From Methanomassiliicoccales archaeon (GTDB lineage Archaea; Thermoplasmatota; Thermoplasmata; Methanomassiliicoccales; UBA472), in contig JAVYMA010000009.1 of assembly GCA_038740345.1 (NCBI GenBank), forward strand, positions 3,017-67,016: a DNA stretch of 64,000 bases. The letters run 5' to 3'. The position numbers and the translations under genes are program-made. The stretch's first letter is position 1. Every line of letters begins with the position of its first letter. Shown here piece after piece: positions 17,994 to 26,329 of this stretch. Below the pieces are notes generated by a model. It was not told the DNA's origin. It did not search any database and was given only the letters and a program-made list of their open reading frames with translations.

Positions 17994-19457
17994 TTATCCT
18001 AAAAATCCTCTTATATTGGCGGCTCGCAATATATCTTCTTCGAGGCCTCGATGCTGGCCCTTACTCAAAGCTTCCAGGATACGGGTAGAAATATCCTTAT
18101 GTACAGCGTCGATTCCCACATCTAATTCCAATCTTCTTATGGCGGCACCAACACCCTCGGGCAGCAATCTCAGTGAGTCTTGATTGAGGTATCTAAGCGC
18201 ATCCATCAAATTTGCATCGAAGCTCGGGCTCGACTCCCTTAAGAACTCTAAATCCTTCTCATTCAACGCATCTAATCCTAAAACTTCAGGCGGCAAGCCG
18301 ATGGAATACATGGCGCAGCAAAGGCTAATGGCTCGCGGCAGTCTGACGCCTTTCACGTTACGAGAATACCCGAACAAGCCGATATGCAGTTTTCTTTTAC
18401 GGCGGCGGGGTACGAACCTAGAGGCTTCGTTTATTAGTGGCGCCAGTCTAATAATTTGGTCCATATAGGATTTGGTTATCTTGTGTATTATAGCGCGTGC
18501 CCGCTCTTCATCTATGTCCCTTGGCTTCCCTCGATCTCTCTCTTTCACCTTTGCGATGCCTTCTCTGACCTCCTCATGCGGATGGTCATACTTGAAGGCC
18601 GATTGAACAGTGAAGGTCTGCACCGAGGGATATTCCTTCATGATGCGATCGACGGTTGAAGGCTTGAAATTTCCCCGGAAAGGCGCCGAACCTACACCGA
18701 TGATAGGGTATATGTGAACACCAATCCTCTCCTGTAGCTGGTGTAGTTTATTGAGGGCAACCATGTTCATCAACATTGAGGACACATAGCCATAATTCAT
18801 AGACGGGTCCGATCTGGCAAGGAAAACTCTCTGATACTCCAATTTCTTATCTTTCAAATACATTTCAGTTATGGTGTCCGCTGCAAGCATGTGTTCAAGA
18901 TCCTCAAAGAGCGGGATTACATTGATTTCTTCTGGTTGGAAATTGCCTATCCATTCTGCTATGGTTATATCTCCCTCTCGAAAAGGCCTGGTCTGCTTTC
19001 CCACCACGAAGTCGCGATAATATCGATACACCCTGTCCAAGCATCGCCAGGATGTGGTCATGGGAAGGATAACCTCGAACACAGGGGGGATATCGTCCTG
19101 ATAGAACATTCGGGCAGTATCAAATGACCTAGGTATGGATTCGAGGGTTTCAAGCAATATTTTCGCCTCGTCCCGCTCTACCGTAGGATTGGGGACACGA
19201 GGGGTAATAAACAAATCTTTCCCAAGTCTTTTCGATTGGAAGAAATTGGGATAGTTGGTGAGAAGTTTTTTCACTACGAAATCATCCACTTCCTTTCCTT
19301 CACAGTCCCACATCTGTTCCTCACACCCTAGGTGGGAAAAGACATAGTATGCCTCCTGCACTTCATCCTCCCCACCCATCTCAGGACTCTCCGCAAAGAA
19401 AGGTGGATTGACGTTATCTGGATGTTGTGTACTCATGCATCGTGGTATTCTCAACAT
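17994..19457 (-). CDS. ppcA: Archaeal-type phosphoenolpyruvate carboxylase
   Basis: The N-terminus MLRIPRCMSTQHPDNV is the hallmark of the short (about 490 aa) archaeal PEPC family. Length is 487 aa. Confidence 0.85.
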   Translation of the reverse strand: MLRIPRCMSTQHPDNVNPPFFAESPEMGGEDEVQEAYYVFSHLGCEEQMWDCEGKEVDDFVVKKLLTNYPNFFQSKRLGKDLFITPRVPNPTVERDEAKILLETLESIPRSFDTARMFYQDDIPPVFEVILPMTTSWRCLDRVYRYYRDFVVGKQTRPFREGDITIAEWIGNFQPEEINVIPLFEDLEHMLAADTITEMYLKDKKLEYQRVFLARSDPSMNYGYVSSMLMNMVALNKLHQLQERIGVHIYPIIGVGSAPFRGNFKPSTVDRIMKEYPSVQTFTVQSAFKYDHPHEEVREGIAKVKERDRGKPRDIDEERARAIIHKITKSYMDQIIRLAPLINEASRFVPRRRKRKLHIGLFGYSRNVKGVRLPRAISLCCAMYSIGLPPEVLGLDALNEKDLEFLRESSPSFDANLMDALRYLNQDSLRLLPEGVGAAIRRLELDVGIDAVHKDISTRILEALSKGQHRGLEEDILRAANIRGFLG

Positions 19458-19682
19458 TCTTCTCTCAGGGCCAACAAGAACTCTAAGATATTTTATTATT
19501 TAGTTTTCAGAAATATCCATTTGGTTGGCTTCTTGAAATTGATGTCGGTATGAATATTATTGATTTCCATTCAAAATCTTAAACTAGCTTACTTAAATCG
19601 GCGATATATTAGTAGATAGAGAGGAAAAGAGATTACGACAAGGCTCACAACGGACGCATGCGGACCGATAATTTTATGCAGT

Positions 19683-19931
19683 ATGCAACTTTCTCCATTT
19701 CTCATGGCTAACGTTTCACCTCAAGCAGAGAAATTGTTCAATGCGATGAAGCAATTTGGAGCTATTGGAGAAGAGAAAGCTATCAGCGCAGAGAAGGCCA
19801 CAACCCTTTCGAAGCTGCCAAAGGCGCAATGCATGAATGCCTTGCAGGATTTGGAGAAAAAGGGCGTGGTAAAGCTCAAGAAAAAGAATAATGTGGTGTC
19901 GTACTATCTGGCCAAGACTGAACTGCCGTAG
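19683..19931 (+). CDS. Small winged-helix-like protein, function unknown
   Basis: 82 aa. EKAISAEKATTLSKLPKAQCMNALQDLEKKGVVKLKKKNNVVSYYL looks like a wHTH recognition helix plus wing. An alternative ATG lies at 19704. Confidence 0.4.
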   Translation: MQLSPFLMANVSPQAEKLFNAMKQFGAIGEEKAISAEKATTLSKLPKAQCMNALQDLEKKGVVKLKKKNNVVSYYLAKTELP

Positions 19932-19978
19932 TGCGATAAATCCCATCTTTTTTCCTTGATAGTTGGTCTGGGTTAGGC

Positions 19979-20794
19979 CTATACCTTTGAGCCATAGGAG
20001 CGGACATGCTTCCAGGCTCGGTGGAGTTGTTCAAAGTGAGGATTCGTTTCATCGTAAATCTCAGGATCCTCTCGGTAAAATAGCTCCCGATCTTTTCCTA
20101 TAGGGCAAACTTTAATGCAGAAGCCACATGGAGAAGCGTATCTGCTCGCCAACTCCACGGCTCGGGCAGCGCAGGCAGATTTATCAGTCAGCCCTTTGGG
20201 ATAATCCTCTTCTTTTAGTGCATTCACCGGGCACGCATCCACGCAGCGCATGCACCTGATACAAAGCTGCTCCTTCATCATTTCATCGGCCGGGATGGCA
20301 GCGGAGGTGAGAACCGTTCCGAAGCGCACCCTGGGGCCATATTCCTTGGTCAGTAGCATATTATTGACGCCAAAGGTTCCTAAGCCTGCCAGGAAGGCAG
20401 CATGACGGTGAGAGAAGAAAACCAATGACCTTTCCTTCATCAATGAAATATGCCCATACCCATCTCTTGGAATGAATATAGATGCGAACCCTTCATGATT
20501 CAAAAAATTCGATAGGTGATAAGTGCACTGATCCAAAATGTCATTCACTGTCCTATAAAGTTGAAAATAATGTATGGAGGGGCTGGTCTCTACAACAGGA
20601 AGGGTTACCGGTAGGCCTACAACCACTGCGGAACGGGCTTCTGGGAAGATGAATTTGGGCCTAAATTCTTCAGGGACCCAGGGATGAAAGGGCGGATCAT
20701 TCCATCTATCAACATCTGCGATCCCCATCATTTCGATCCCAAGAGCATGGCATTTGTTTCGCAAAGCTTCTTTCAAACTTAAACTCATTAGCAC
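19979..20794 (-). CDS. 4Fe-4S cluster protein, epoxyqueuosine reductase (QueG)/reductive-dehalogenase-like
   Basis: Two ferredoxin-type motifs (CIRCMRCVDACP and CGFCIKVCP) are preceded by FSHRHAAFLAGLGTFGVNNMLLT, which resembles the QueG core. Confidence 0.5.
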   Translation of the reverse strand: MLMSLSLKEALRNKCHALGIEMMGIADVDRWNDPPFHPWVPEEFRPKFIFPEARSAVVVGLPVTLPVVETSPSIHYFQLYRTVNDILDQCTYHLSNFLNHEGFASIFIPRDGYGHISLMKERSLVFFSHRHAAFLAGLGTFGVNNMLLTKEYGPRVRFGTVLTSAAIPADEMMKEQLCIRCMRCVDACPVNALKEEDYPKGLTDKSACAARAVELASRYASPCGFCIKVCPIGKDRELFYREDPEIYDETNPHFEQLHRAWKHVRSYGSKV

Positions 20795-20996
20795 CCTTCC
20801 TTTTTTTATTAGATTTTGTTCAGTTGGTTATTATTTCTTTGCAATCAACCGTCGTAAATGCAAAAATTATTGCATATTATGGGGCATTTCTGTCCTTTCT
20901 CTATTTCCAGTATTTTCCCTTAATTTCTAAAATTCCATGAGGCATATTATTGAGTTTTCCGGTCTCTGGTTTAAATCCTTTCTCGGAGGGAAAATA

Positions 20997-22715
20997 ATGA
21001 GTTTAAGCATGCAAATGAAGGCGCTTCGGAACAAAGTCATAGCCCTGGTCGCGATCGTCGTTCTCGTGGCCACGGCCAGCTTGACTACTGCTCAGGAGGC
21101 GCAAACGAATCGATTTACGTACACTACAGCAGAGCCGGGATACGTGAAGAACCTAATTGTTATGATTCCAGATGGATGCGGCCCCACGCATATAACTGCC
21201 GCTAGATGGTACAAAGGTGGAGAGTTAGCCTTAGATCGAATGCCTTCAGGCATGATCCGCACCTATGGAGCCGATTCCATAATATCGGATTCTGCGCCTG
21301 CGGCAACGGCCATCGCCACTGGATATAAAACAAGCGATAAACATGTAGGCGTATTGCCTGGCCCAGTCACCATTTCGGGCTTGCCTCAGGTGCCAGAGAA
21401 CAAGCAATACAAACCAGTTGCAACTGTCCTTGAGGCCGCGAAGATGCGCGGCATGTCCGTGGGTATTGTCGCCACTTCCAATGTTCAGCACGCTACTCCT
21501 GCTGCCTTTACTTCCCATTGGCATGACCGTGGAAATTATAATGAGATAGGGGAGCAACAGGTGTATGCTGATATAGATGTAGTATTTGGAGGCGGTAAAC
21601 AATATCTGCTACCTGTTGCTGAAGGGGGAAAGCGTACTGACGGTGAGAACCTCATCGAGGTTCTGAAGGGGAGAGGATATACCTTTGTGGAGACGCGCGA
21701 GCAGCTTCTCTCGTTGAGTCCATCAAAGACCAAGGTGTGGGGGCTGTTCGCCAACGACGCCATGGCCCGAGATTTCGATCGCTCCCTGCCGGCGCACGCT
21801 CATGAACCCTCTTTGGCGGAGATGACTCAAATGGCGATTAGCATCCTTTCCAAGAACCCTCGCGGCTTCTTCTTGATGGTTGAGGGCAGCATGATCGACT
21901 GGTCATCACATGCTAATGATCCTGTGGGCGTCATCTCTGAGGTCTTAGCCTTTGACGCCGCCGTGAAGGTAGCCCTAGACTTTGCTGAGCAAAACAAAAG
22001 AACTCAGGTGCTTGCTTTCACCGATCATGGAAATGGAGGTATGTCCATTGGTTCTTCAAAGACCGACCACACCTATTCAAAGCTACCAGATGCTGCACTG
22101 GTCGTTCCATTGGCGAAAGCCAAACTGACCGGGACTGGACTTGGAGAGGTGATGGAAAAGAATGCGAATGCTAGCACCATACGGCAAATCATGGAACAAT
22201 ATTATGGTGTGCCTTCTAATGCCCTTACGGACGCGGACATCGTAGCCATAAGAGCAGCCAGGAATGTTTCGAGTGACCTGTCATACACGGTCGGTCCGAT
22301 AATCAGCAAACTATCAGTGATTGGATGGACTACCACTGGGCATACTGGTGAAGACGTGCCATTGTATTCATTCGGCCCCAACCGTCCTATAGGACTTTTT
22401 GAAAACACTGACCTAGCACGGATTGTAGAGAGTAACCTCCGTCTGAACCTGGCTAGCACTGACGAAAAGCTGTATGCCGAGGCATCCAGCCTCTTTGCCT
22501 CAATAGGAGCTACAATTAACATCATACCAGGCGCCAATGGCGTAATGCAAGTGGAGAAAGACGGGGCGACTCTTGCCATCTTCCACTTCGCAAAGGATGT
22601 AGCTATAGTGAATGGCCAGTGGCATACGATGAATGGCGTGGTGATATATTCACAGAAGACAGGTAAGGTGTACCTGCCTACAGAAGCGCTGAAGCTCGTT
22701 AAATTCGCGAGCTAA
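20997..22715 (+). CDS. Alkaline phosphatase (PhoA family), secreted
   Basis: The active-site block SDSAPAATAIATGYKT contains the DSA..ATA serine motif. The signal-like N-terminus is MSLSMQMKALRNKVIALVAIVVLVATASL, and the metal-site region is DWSSHAND...FTDHGNGG. The ORF is open from 20937. Confidence 0.85.
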   Translation: MSLSMQMKALRNKVIALVAIVVLVATASLTTAQEAQTNRFTYTTAEPGYVKNLIVMIPDGCGPTHITAARWYKGGELALDRMPSGMIRTYGADSIISDSAPAATAIATGYKTSDKHVGVLPGPVTISGLPQVPENKQYKPVATVLEAAKMRGMSVGIVATSNVQHATPAAFTSHWHDRGNYNEIGEQQVYADIDVVFGGGKQYLLPVAEGGKRTDGENLIEVLKGRGYTFVETREQLLSLSPSKTKVWGLFANDAMARDFDRSLPAHAHEPSLAEMTQMAISILSKNPRGFFLMVEGSMIDWSSHANDPVGVISEVLAFDAAVKVALDFAEQNKRTQVLAFTDHGNGGMSIGSSKTDHTYSKLPDAALVVPLAKAKLTGTGLGEVMEKNANASTIRQIMEQYYGVPSNALTDADIVAIRAARNVSSDLSYTVGPIISKLSVIGWTTTGHTGEDVPLYSFGPNRPIGLFENTDLARIVESNLRLNLASTDEKLYAEASSLFASIGATINIIPGANGVMQVEKDGATLAIFHFAKDVAIVNGQWHTMNGVVIYSQKTGKVYLPTEALKLVKFAS

Positions 22716-22758
22716 AACGCTAAACCTTTTAGGGGGGCGAAAGCCCCCTTGCACTTTT

Positions 22759-23799
22759 TTATGCTCCTCGGTACTTATCCTTAGGAACTCTAATCTCAAA
22801 CCTAGCGCCTTGGCCGTACTTTCCACTCTCTTTGATCGAGATCCCTGTGACGGAAAGTATCTCTCTCGCAAGGAACAACCCTCGGTCAGATTTAGGGGAA
22901 AGGCCTAGTTCAAAAATGCGCTCCTTCATGTCGGTAGGTATTCCTACACCATCGTCCTCGTATATGAGTAGCAGGTCTTCCTTGTCTTTCTCTGCTCTAA
23001 GGGAAACCCTTCTTACTCCATTTCCATGCTTCAGCGAATCATCTAGGAGATTATAGAATACCTTGACTAGCATGTGGTCAGCGAAGACCTCCACGCCATT
23101 AACTCGATTGACCATTTCCACATTCCCCAGCCCAAGCTTTAATGCGGCTTGTTCAAAGGCCGCCCTAACACTCTGCCATGAGGGCCCTCTGACTCCGATT
23201 TCCTCATAATCTCTGGTGAATTCCATGTCATTCTGTATAGATCTTAACATCTCAGACATCTTTTCCGCGTTCCTGCGACACTCCTCATCTGGGCATTTTC
23301 CTGCCTGCATACGCAAAGTTCCTTCTAAAACCATGAGCCGGTTGAGGATATCATGCCTGGTTATCTTGCTTAGGAGCCTAAGCTTGCGATTCGCCTGAAA
23401 TACGAACTCCTCCGCTCTTTTCCTCGCCTCGTTTTCTTTAGCTAGTTTCTCATTAACTTGTTTCAGGGCCGATTCATAGCGCAACCCTTCTTCTCGCAGA
23501 TATGCGACTATCAGAGGAATTATGATGAGGGGAAAAGCTCGAACCACATCATCAGTGAAAAGCCTGAGGTTCTGAGCTGCAAGGTCCGATGCCAGGAGAA
23601 CGATCACCAAAACGACCGCGACCAAAACCCCTTTTTTTCTCCACCAATAAGCTGCCAATATGGAAGGAATATAGAAAAAGTGGGTGAAAAGAGTGCCCTG
23701 TTCGAGGACCGTGTGGAAATACCAGGTTAGGAGAATAGCGGCTGCTATCAGGCCTGCTATTATGAATATTTTCTCTAAATCCTGGCTTTTTATTTTCAT
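22759..23799 (-). CDS. Membrane-bound sensor histidine kinase
   Basis: Four N-terminal TM helices are followed by a coiled coil, the H-box ITRHDILNRL, and an ATPase domain (LLDDSLKHG, YEDDGVGIP, GLFLAREI). No response regulator is adjacent. Confidence 0.8.
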   Translation of the reverse strand: MKIKSQDLEKIFIIAGLIAAAILLTWYFHTVLEQGTLFTHFFYIPSILAAYWWRKKGVLVAVVLVIVLLASDLAAQNLRLFTDDVVRAFPLIIIPLIVAYLREEGLRYESALKQVNEKLAKENEARKRAEEFVFQANRKLRLLSKITRHDILNRLMVLEGTLRMQAGKCPDEECRRNAEKMSEMLRSIQNDMEFTRDYEEIGVRGPSWQSVRAAFEQAALKLGLGNVEMVNRVNGVEVFADHMLVKVFYNLLDDSLKHGNGVRRVSLRAEKDKEDLLLIYEDDGVGIPTDMKERIFELGLSPKSDRGLFLAREILSVTGISIKESGKYGQGARFEIRVPKDKYRGA

Positions 23800-23864
23800 C
23801 CCCTCTAGCTATTTTATGTTGATTTATGAATGTTAAGCACTAATTTTCTAATATGATAAGCTGT

Positions 23865-24188
23865 CTAGCTCTGGTGCAAATGTTTGGCCAATACCTGCTC
23901 CAGTTTTTCAAGGGTAGGAACGCCACCGTATAGCTCGAGCTTTTGATTCACAAAGAGCGCTGGGGTCACTGCTTGTCCATACTTGTCGAAGAGCGGGATT
24001 ATATCTGACATGAAGCCATAGCGCCGCGACATCATGGCGTCCGTAGCATGAACCAGCTCGATATCAGCCTCGGCATGCAGTCTTTTTAGGGCCTCCTTTA
24101 TGCGCTCGAAATAGACTTTATCATGTGCGGCAAGCTTAGGGTTGCAGCAGGCGAATGAAAGCAAAGTGAGCCTCAACTTCTCAACCAT
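23865..24188 (-). CDS. ArsD-like thioredoxin-fold protein
   Basis: 107 aa. The N-terminal LLSFACCNPKL resembles the ArsD FDPAMCCSTGVCG motif but lacks the third Cys. The C-terminal TPALFVNQKLELYGGVPTLEKLEQVL fits a thioredoxin-fold tail. It overlaps the upstream ATPase gene by 8 nt. Confidence 0.45.
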   Translation of the reverse strand: MVEKLRLTLLSFACCNPKLAAHDKVYFERIKEALKRLHAEADIELVHATDAMMSRRYGFMSDIIPLFDKYGQAVTPALFVNQKLELYGGVPTLEKLEQVLAKHLHQS

Positions 24189-25113
24189 ACAGATGCCTCC
24201 CCACTTTTCTAAGATTTTCCACGCCGTATACGTCAGTCTCCATCATAGGCACATAGGTCTTGATCAGATTAGGGAAACGTCTGTCGATCTCCTCTAAATG
24301 CTTTTTTTGCGTCTCTCTCCTCTTCTCCAGAAACCAATTGCCCTGCAGGACTTCCAGAGGTATCACCTGATTCACAATAAGAGAGGGTACCATTATACCG
24401 AAGCTCTTCAGGTCATCAATGGCGCGGGATGTCTCTTCAATAGATAACTTTTCAGGTAAGGTGACGAGAGTAAAGGCGGAGACAGCTGCATCTGCCAAGC
24501 CCTTTACCGCCTTATCATATCTTTCCTTTTCCATGCTTAAATCTTGGATCATGTCCTCGTCATAAACGAATCCCAGGACCTCGGAGAGCTCCTTTCTGTT
24601 CCTTATTTGATTCGCTATATAACTAGACCAGTCGAAGGGCATGCTCAATTCTCGAAGAGTATGGCCGGTAGGGGCAGTGTCGAATACGAGCTTATCATGC
24701 TCGGTGTCCTGCATAAATGAAACGAACTGATCAAATGCTGCTATCTCTTCCGTGCAGGGTGTAGAGAGCAGCTCGCTGCCGAAAAGCGTGGAAAAACCCT
24801 CTAACATTCCAGTCATGCGGCTTTGGAACAGACCCATGGCCTTCTTGGGGTTGATATTCAATCCGCTCAAGCGGCAGGAGCAGTTAATGGGAGTGACCTC
24901 GGTCTCACTGATCCTCTGCTCGAAGGTGGCGGACAAGGAGACAGTTGGATCGGTAGCGATTATTAGCGTCTTATAGCCATTATCAGCCAACCAAAGGGCG
25001 GTTGCGGCGGCCATCGTCGTCTTTCCAACACCGCCCTTTCCGCCAAAGAATAAGAACCTTTTCTCTTTAACTAGGTCTATCATTTCTTTATACTCAGTCA
25101 TTGTACTCCTCAC
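24181..25113 (-). CDS. ArsA/Get3-family P-loop ATPase (single-domain)
   Basis: Carries the deviant Walker A FFGGKGGVGKTT and the family signature DTAPTGHTLREL. Length is 310 aa. Confidence 0.8.
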   Translation of the reverse strand: MRSTMTEYKEMIDLVKEKRFLFFGGKGGVGKTTMAAATALWLADNGYKTLIIATDPTVSLSATFEQRISETEVTPINCSCRLSGLNINPKKAMGLFQSRMTGMLEGFSTLFGSELLSTPCTEEIAAFDQFVSFMQDTEHDKLVFDTAPTGHTLRELSMPFDWSSYIANQIRNRKELSEVLGFVYDEDMIQDLSMEKERYDKAVKGLADAAVSAFTLVTLPEKLSIEETSRAIDDLKSFGIMVPSLIVNQVIPLEVLQGNWFLEKRRETQKKHLEEIDRRFPNLIKTYVPMMETDVYGVENLRKVGRHLYG

Positions 25114-25288
25114 ATCACACTCGTAATACCATAATGATTCTTACGATTACATTGGTCAAAGCGAATCAATGTTCTCTGATAGGTTGAAAGGGGCTTCGTC
25201 GTGACACCATCTTTCAATATTTGTTAATGCTTTGGATGCCTATGTCAAAGGGTTAAATTGTGAAGCGAGAGCTTTATGGCTCGACGCT

Positions 25289-25828
25289 TCAGAATGCGCG
25301 GAAGGCAGAACTCTTAGCCCCACAAACTGGACATACGTCTGGAGCTTCGCCCTCTACTGTCCAACCGCAAGTGGAGCATATTTGCACTTTTGCATCTCGC
25401 CAGTCCTTTCCCTGATCAACGAGCTCCTTTGCCTCTTCATACATTTTTTTGTGTACCTTTTCAGCTTTATAAGCCCACTCGAAAGAAGTATAAGCTATCT
25501 TCTCTCCTTGCAATTTCGCGGTCTCCATATAGACGGGGTACATCTCCTCCACCTCGAACTTCTCCCCTTCCACCGCTACAGCTAGGTTCTCGGCGGTTTT
25601 TCCCACTCCAAAAGGAGCTTCCGCTGCAACCGCTCCCATCTTCCGAGGCGAGCGTCTCATATGCCCGCTAGCATGAATCTCTTCCGCAAAGGCCACCGCA
25701 CGAAACAGTCGAGCTACGTTTTTGAATCCTTCCTTTTCTGCAGCATCAGCATATATCAAATATCTCATGTGAGCCATCGATTCCCCTGCATAGGCATTGT
25801 GCATGAATTGTTCCGTCATGGCGTGCAT
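25289..25828 (-). CDS. rbr: Rubrerythrin
   Basis: The diiron four-helix region (AYAGESMAHMRYLIYA...AEEIHA...EGEKFEVEEMYP) is followed by a C-terminal rubredoxin-like CSTCGW...CPVCGA. Confidence 0.9.
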   Translation of the reverse strand: MHAMTEQFMHNAYAGESMAHMRYLIYADAAEKEGFKNVARLFRAVAFAEEIHASGHMRRSPRKMGAVAAEAPFGVGKTAENLAVAVEGEKFEVEEMYPVYMETAKLQGEKIAYTSFEWAYKAEKVHKKMYEEAKELVDQGKDWRDAKVQICSTCGWTVEGEAPDVCPVCGAKSSAFRAF

Positions 25829-26268
25829 CTCGCAACCTCCAGTCTTCTTCCCCTCACTTAATGAACGAATATATAGAGCTTGTTTAATGAGTTTTGAAAT
25901 CCAGGAAATAAATTTCTTTTCAGAATTCCTTTATTATTTTATTGTTTCATTATTATATAATTTAACGGGCAGGAAAATCACAGCGAAACCTATTATTGAC
26001 TTCTGCCGTCAAAGCCCCTCACAAACAGATGTGGTTTTATTCATGATATGTCTGTCATCACAATTCACCACAATTTTCCATATTGATATAAGGATAATAT
26101 TAAACAGAAAGGGCAATTAAAAGGTATACAAAAAATATGAGCAATTATGCCAAGGTGATCTGAGAGAAGCCAATTTCACTCTAACTCTAACTCTATTGCT
26201 TCGAATGTAAAATTCTTGACTACGGTTATCTATCAGCGCTGTAAGCTCTATAAAACATCTCCATGAAT

Positions 26269-26288
26269 CGTTGACAAAAATGTCAACG
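26269..26288. promoter_or_regulatory. Perfect palindrome CGTTGACA-AAAA-TGTCAACG, candidate operator
   Basis: The 8-N4-8 inverted repeat was read directly. It lies about 15 nt upstream of a TATA-like GCTTTATCTTTT (26302-26313) and about 50 nt upstream of the beta-propeller ATG (26339). Confidence 0.4.
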
Positions 26289-26329
26289 CTGACGGAACTT
26301 TGCTTTATCTTTTCAAAAATAAATGTTAG

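Noticed and set aside
25262-25290. Imperfect hairpin GAAGCG-AGAGC...GCTCG-ACGCTTC overlapping the rubrerythrin stop, as a possible terminator.
   Set aside because: The stem is imperfect and no clear T-run follows on the minus strand. Archaeal termination does not require hairpins. The evidence is too weak to annotate.
25797-26120. 107-aa plus-strand ORF in the AT-rich gap between rubrerythrin and the beta-propeller gene.
   Set aside because: Its start overlaps the rubrerythrin N-terminus on the other strand. The translation is low-complexity and Ile/Phe/Leu-rich, as expected from AT-rich DNA. It has no ribosome-binding or promoter context.
26177-26195. Short tandem repeat CTCTAA x3 (actctaactctaactcta).
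   Set aside because: It is only three units in AT-rich spacer, with no spacer/repeat architecture. It is not a CRISPR array and probably not functional. No CRISPR-like array was seen anywhere in the window.
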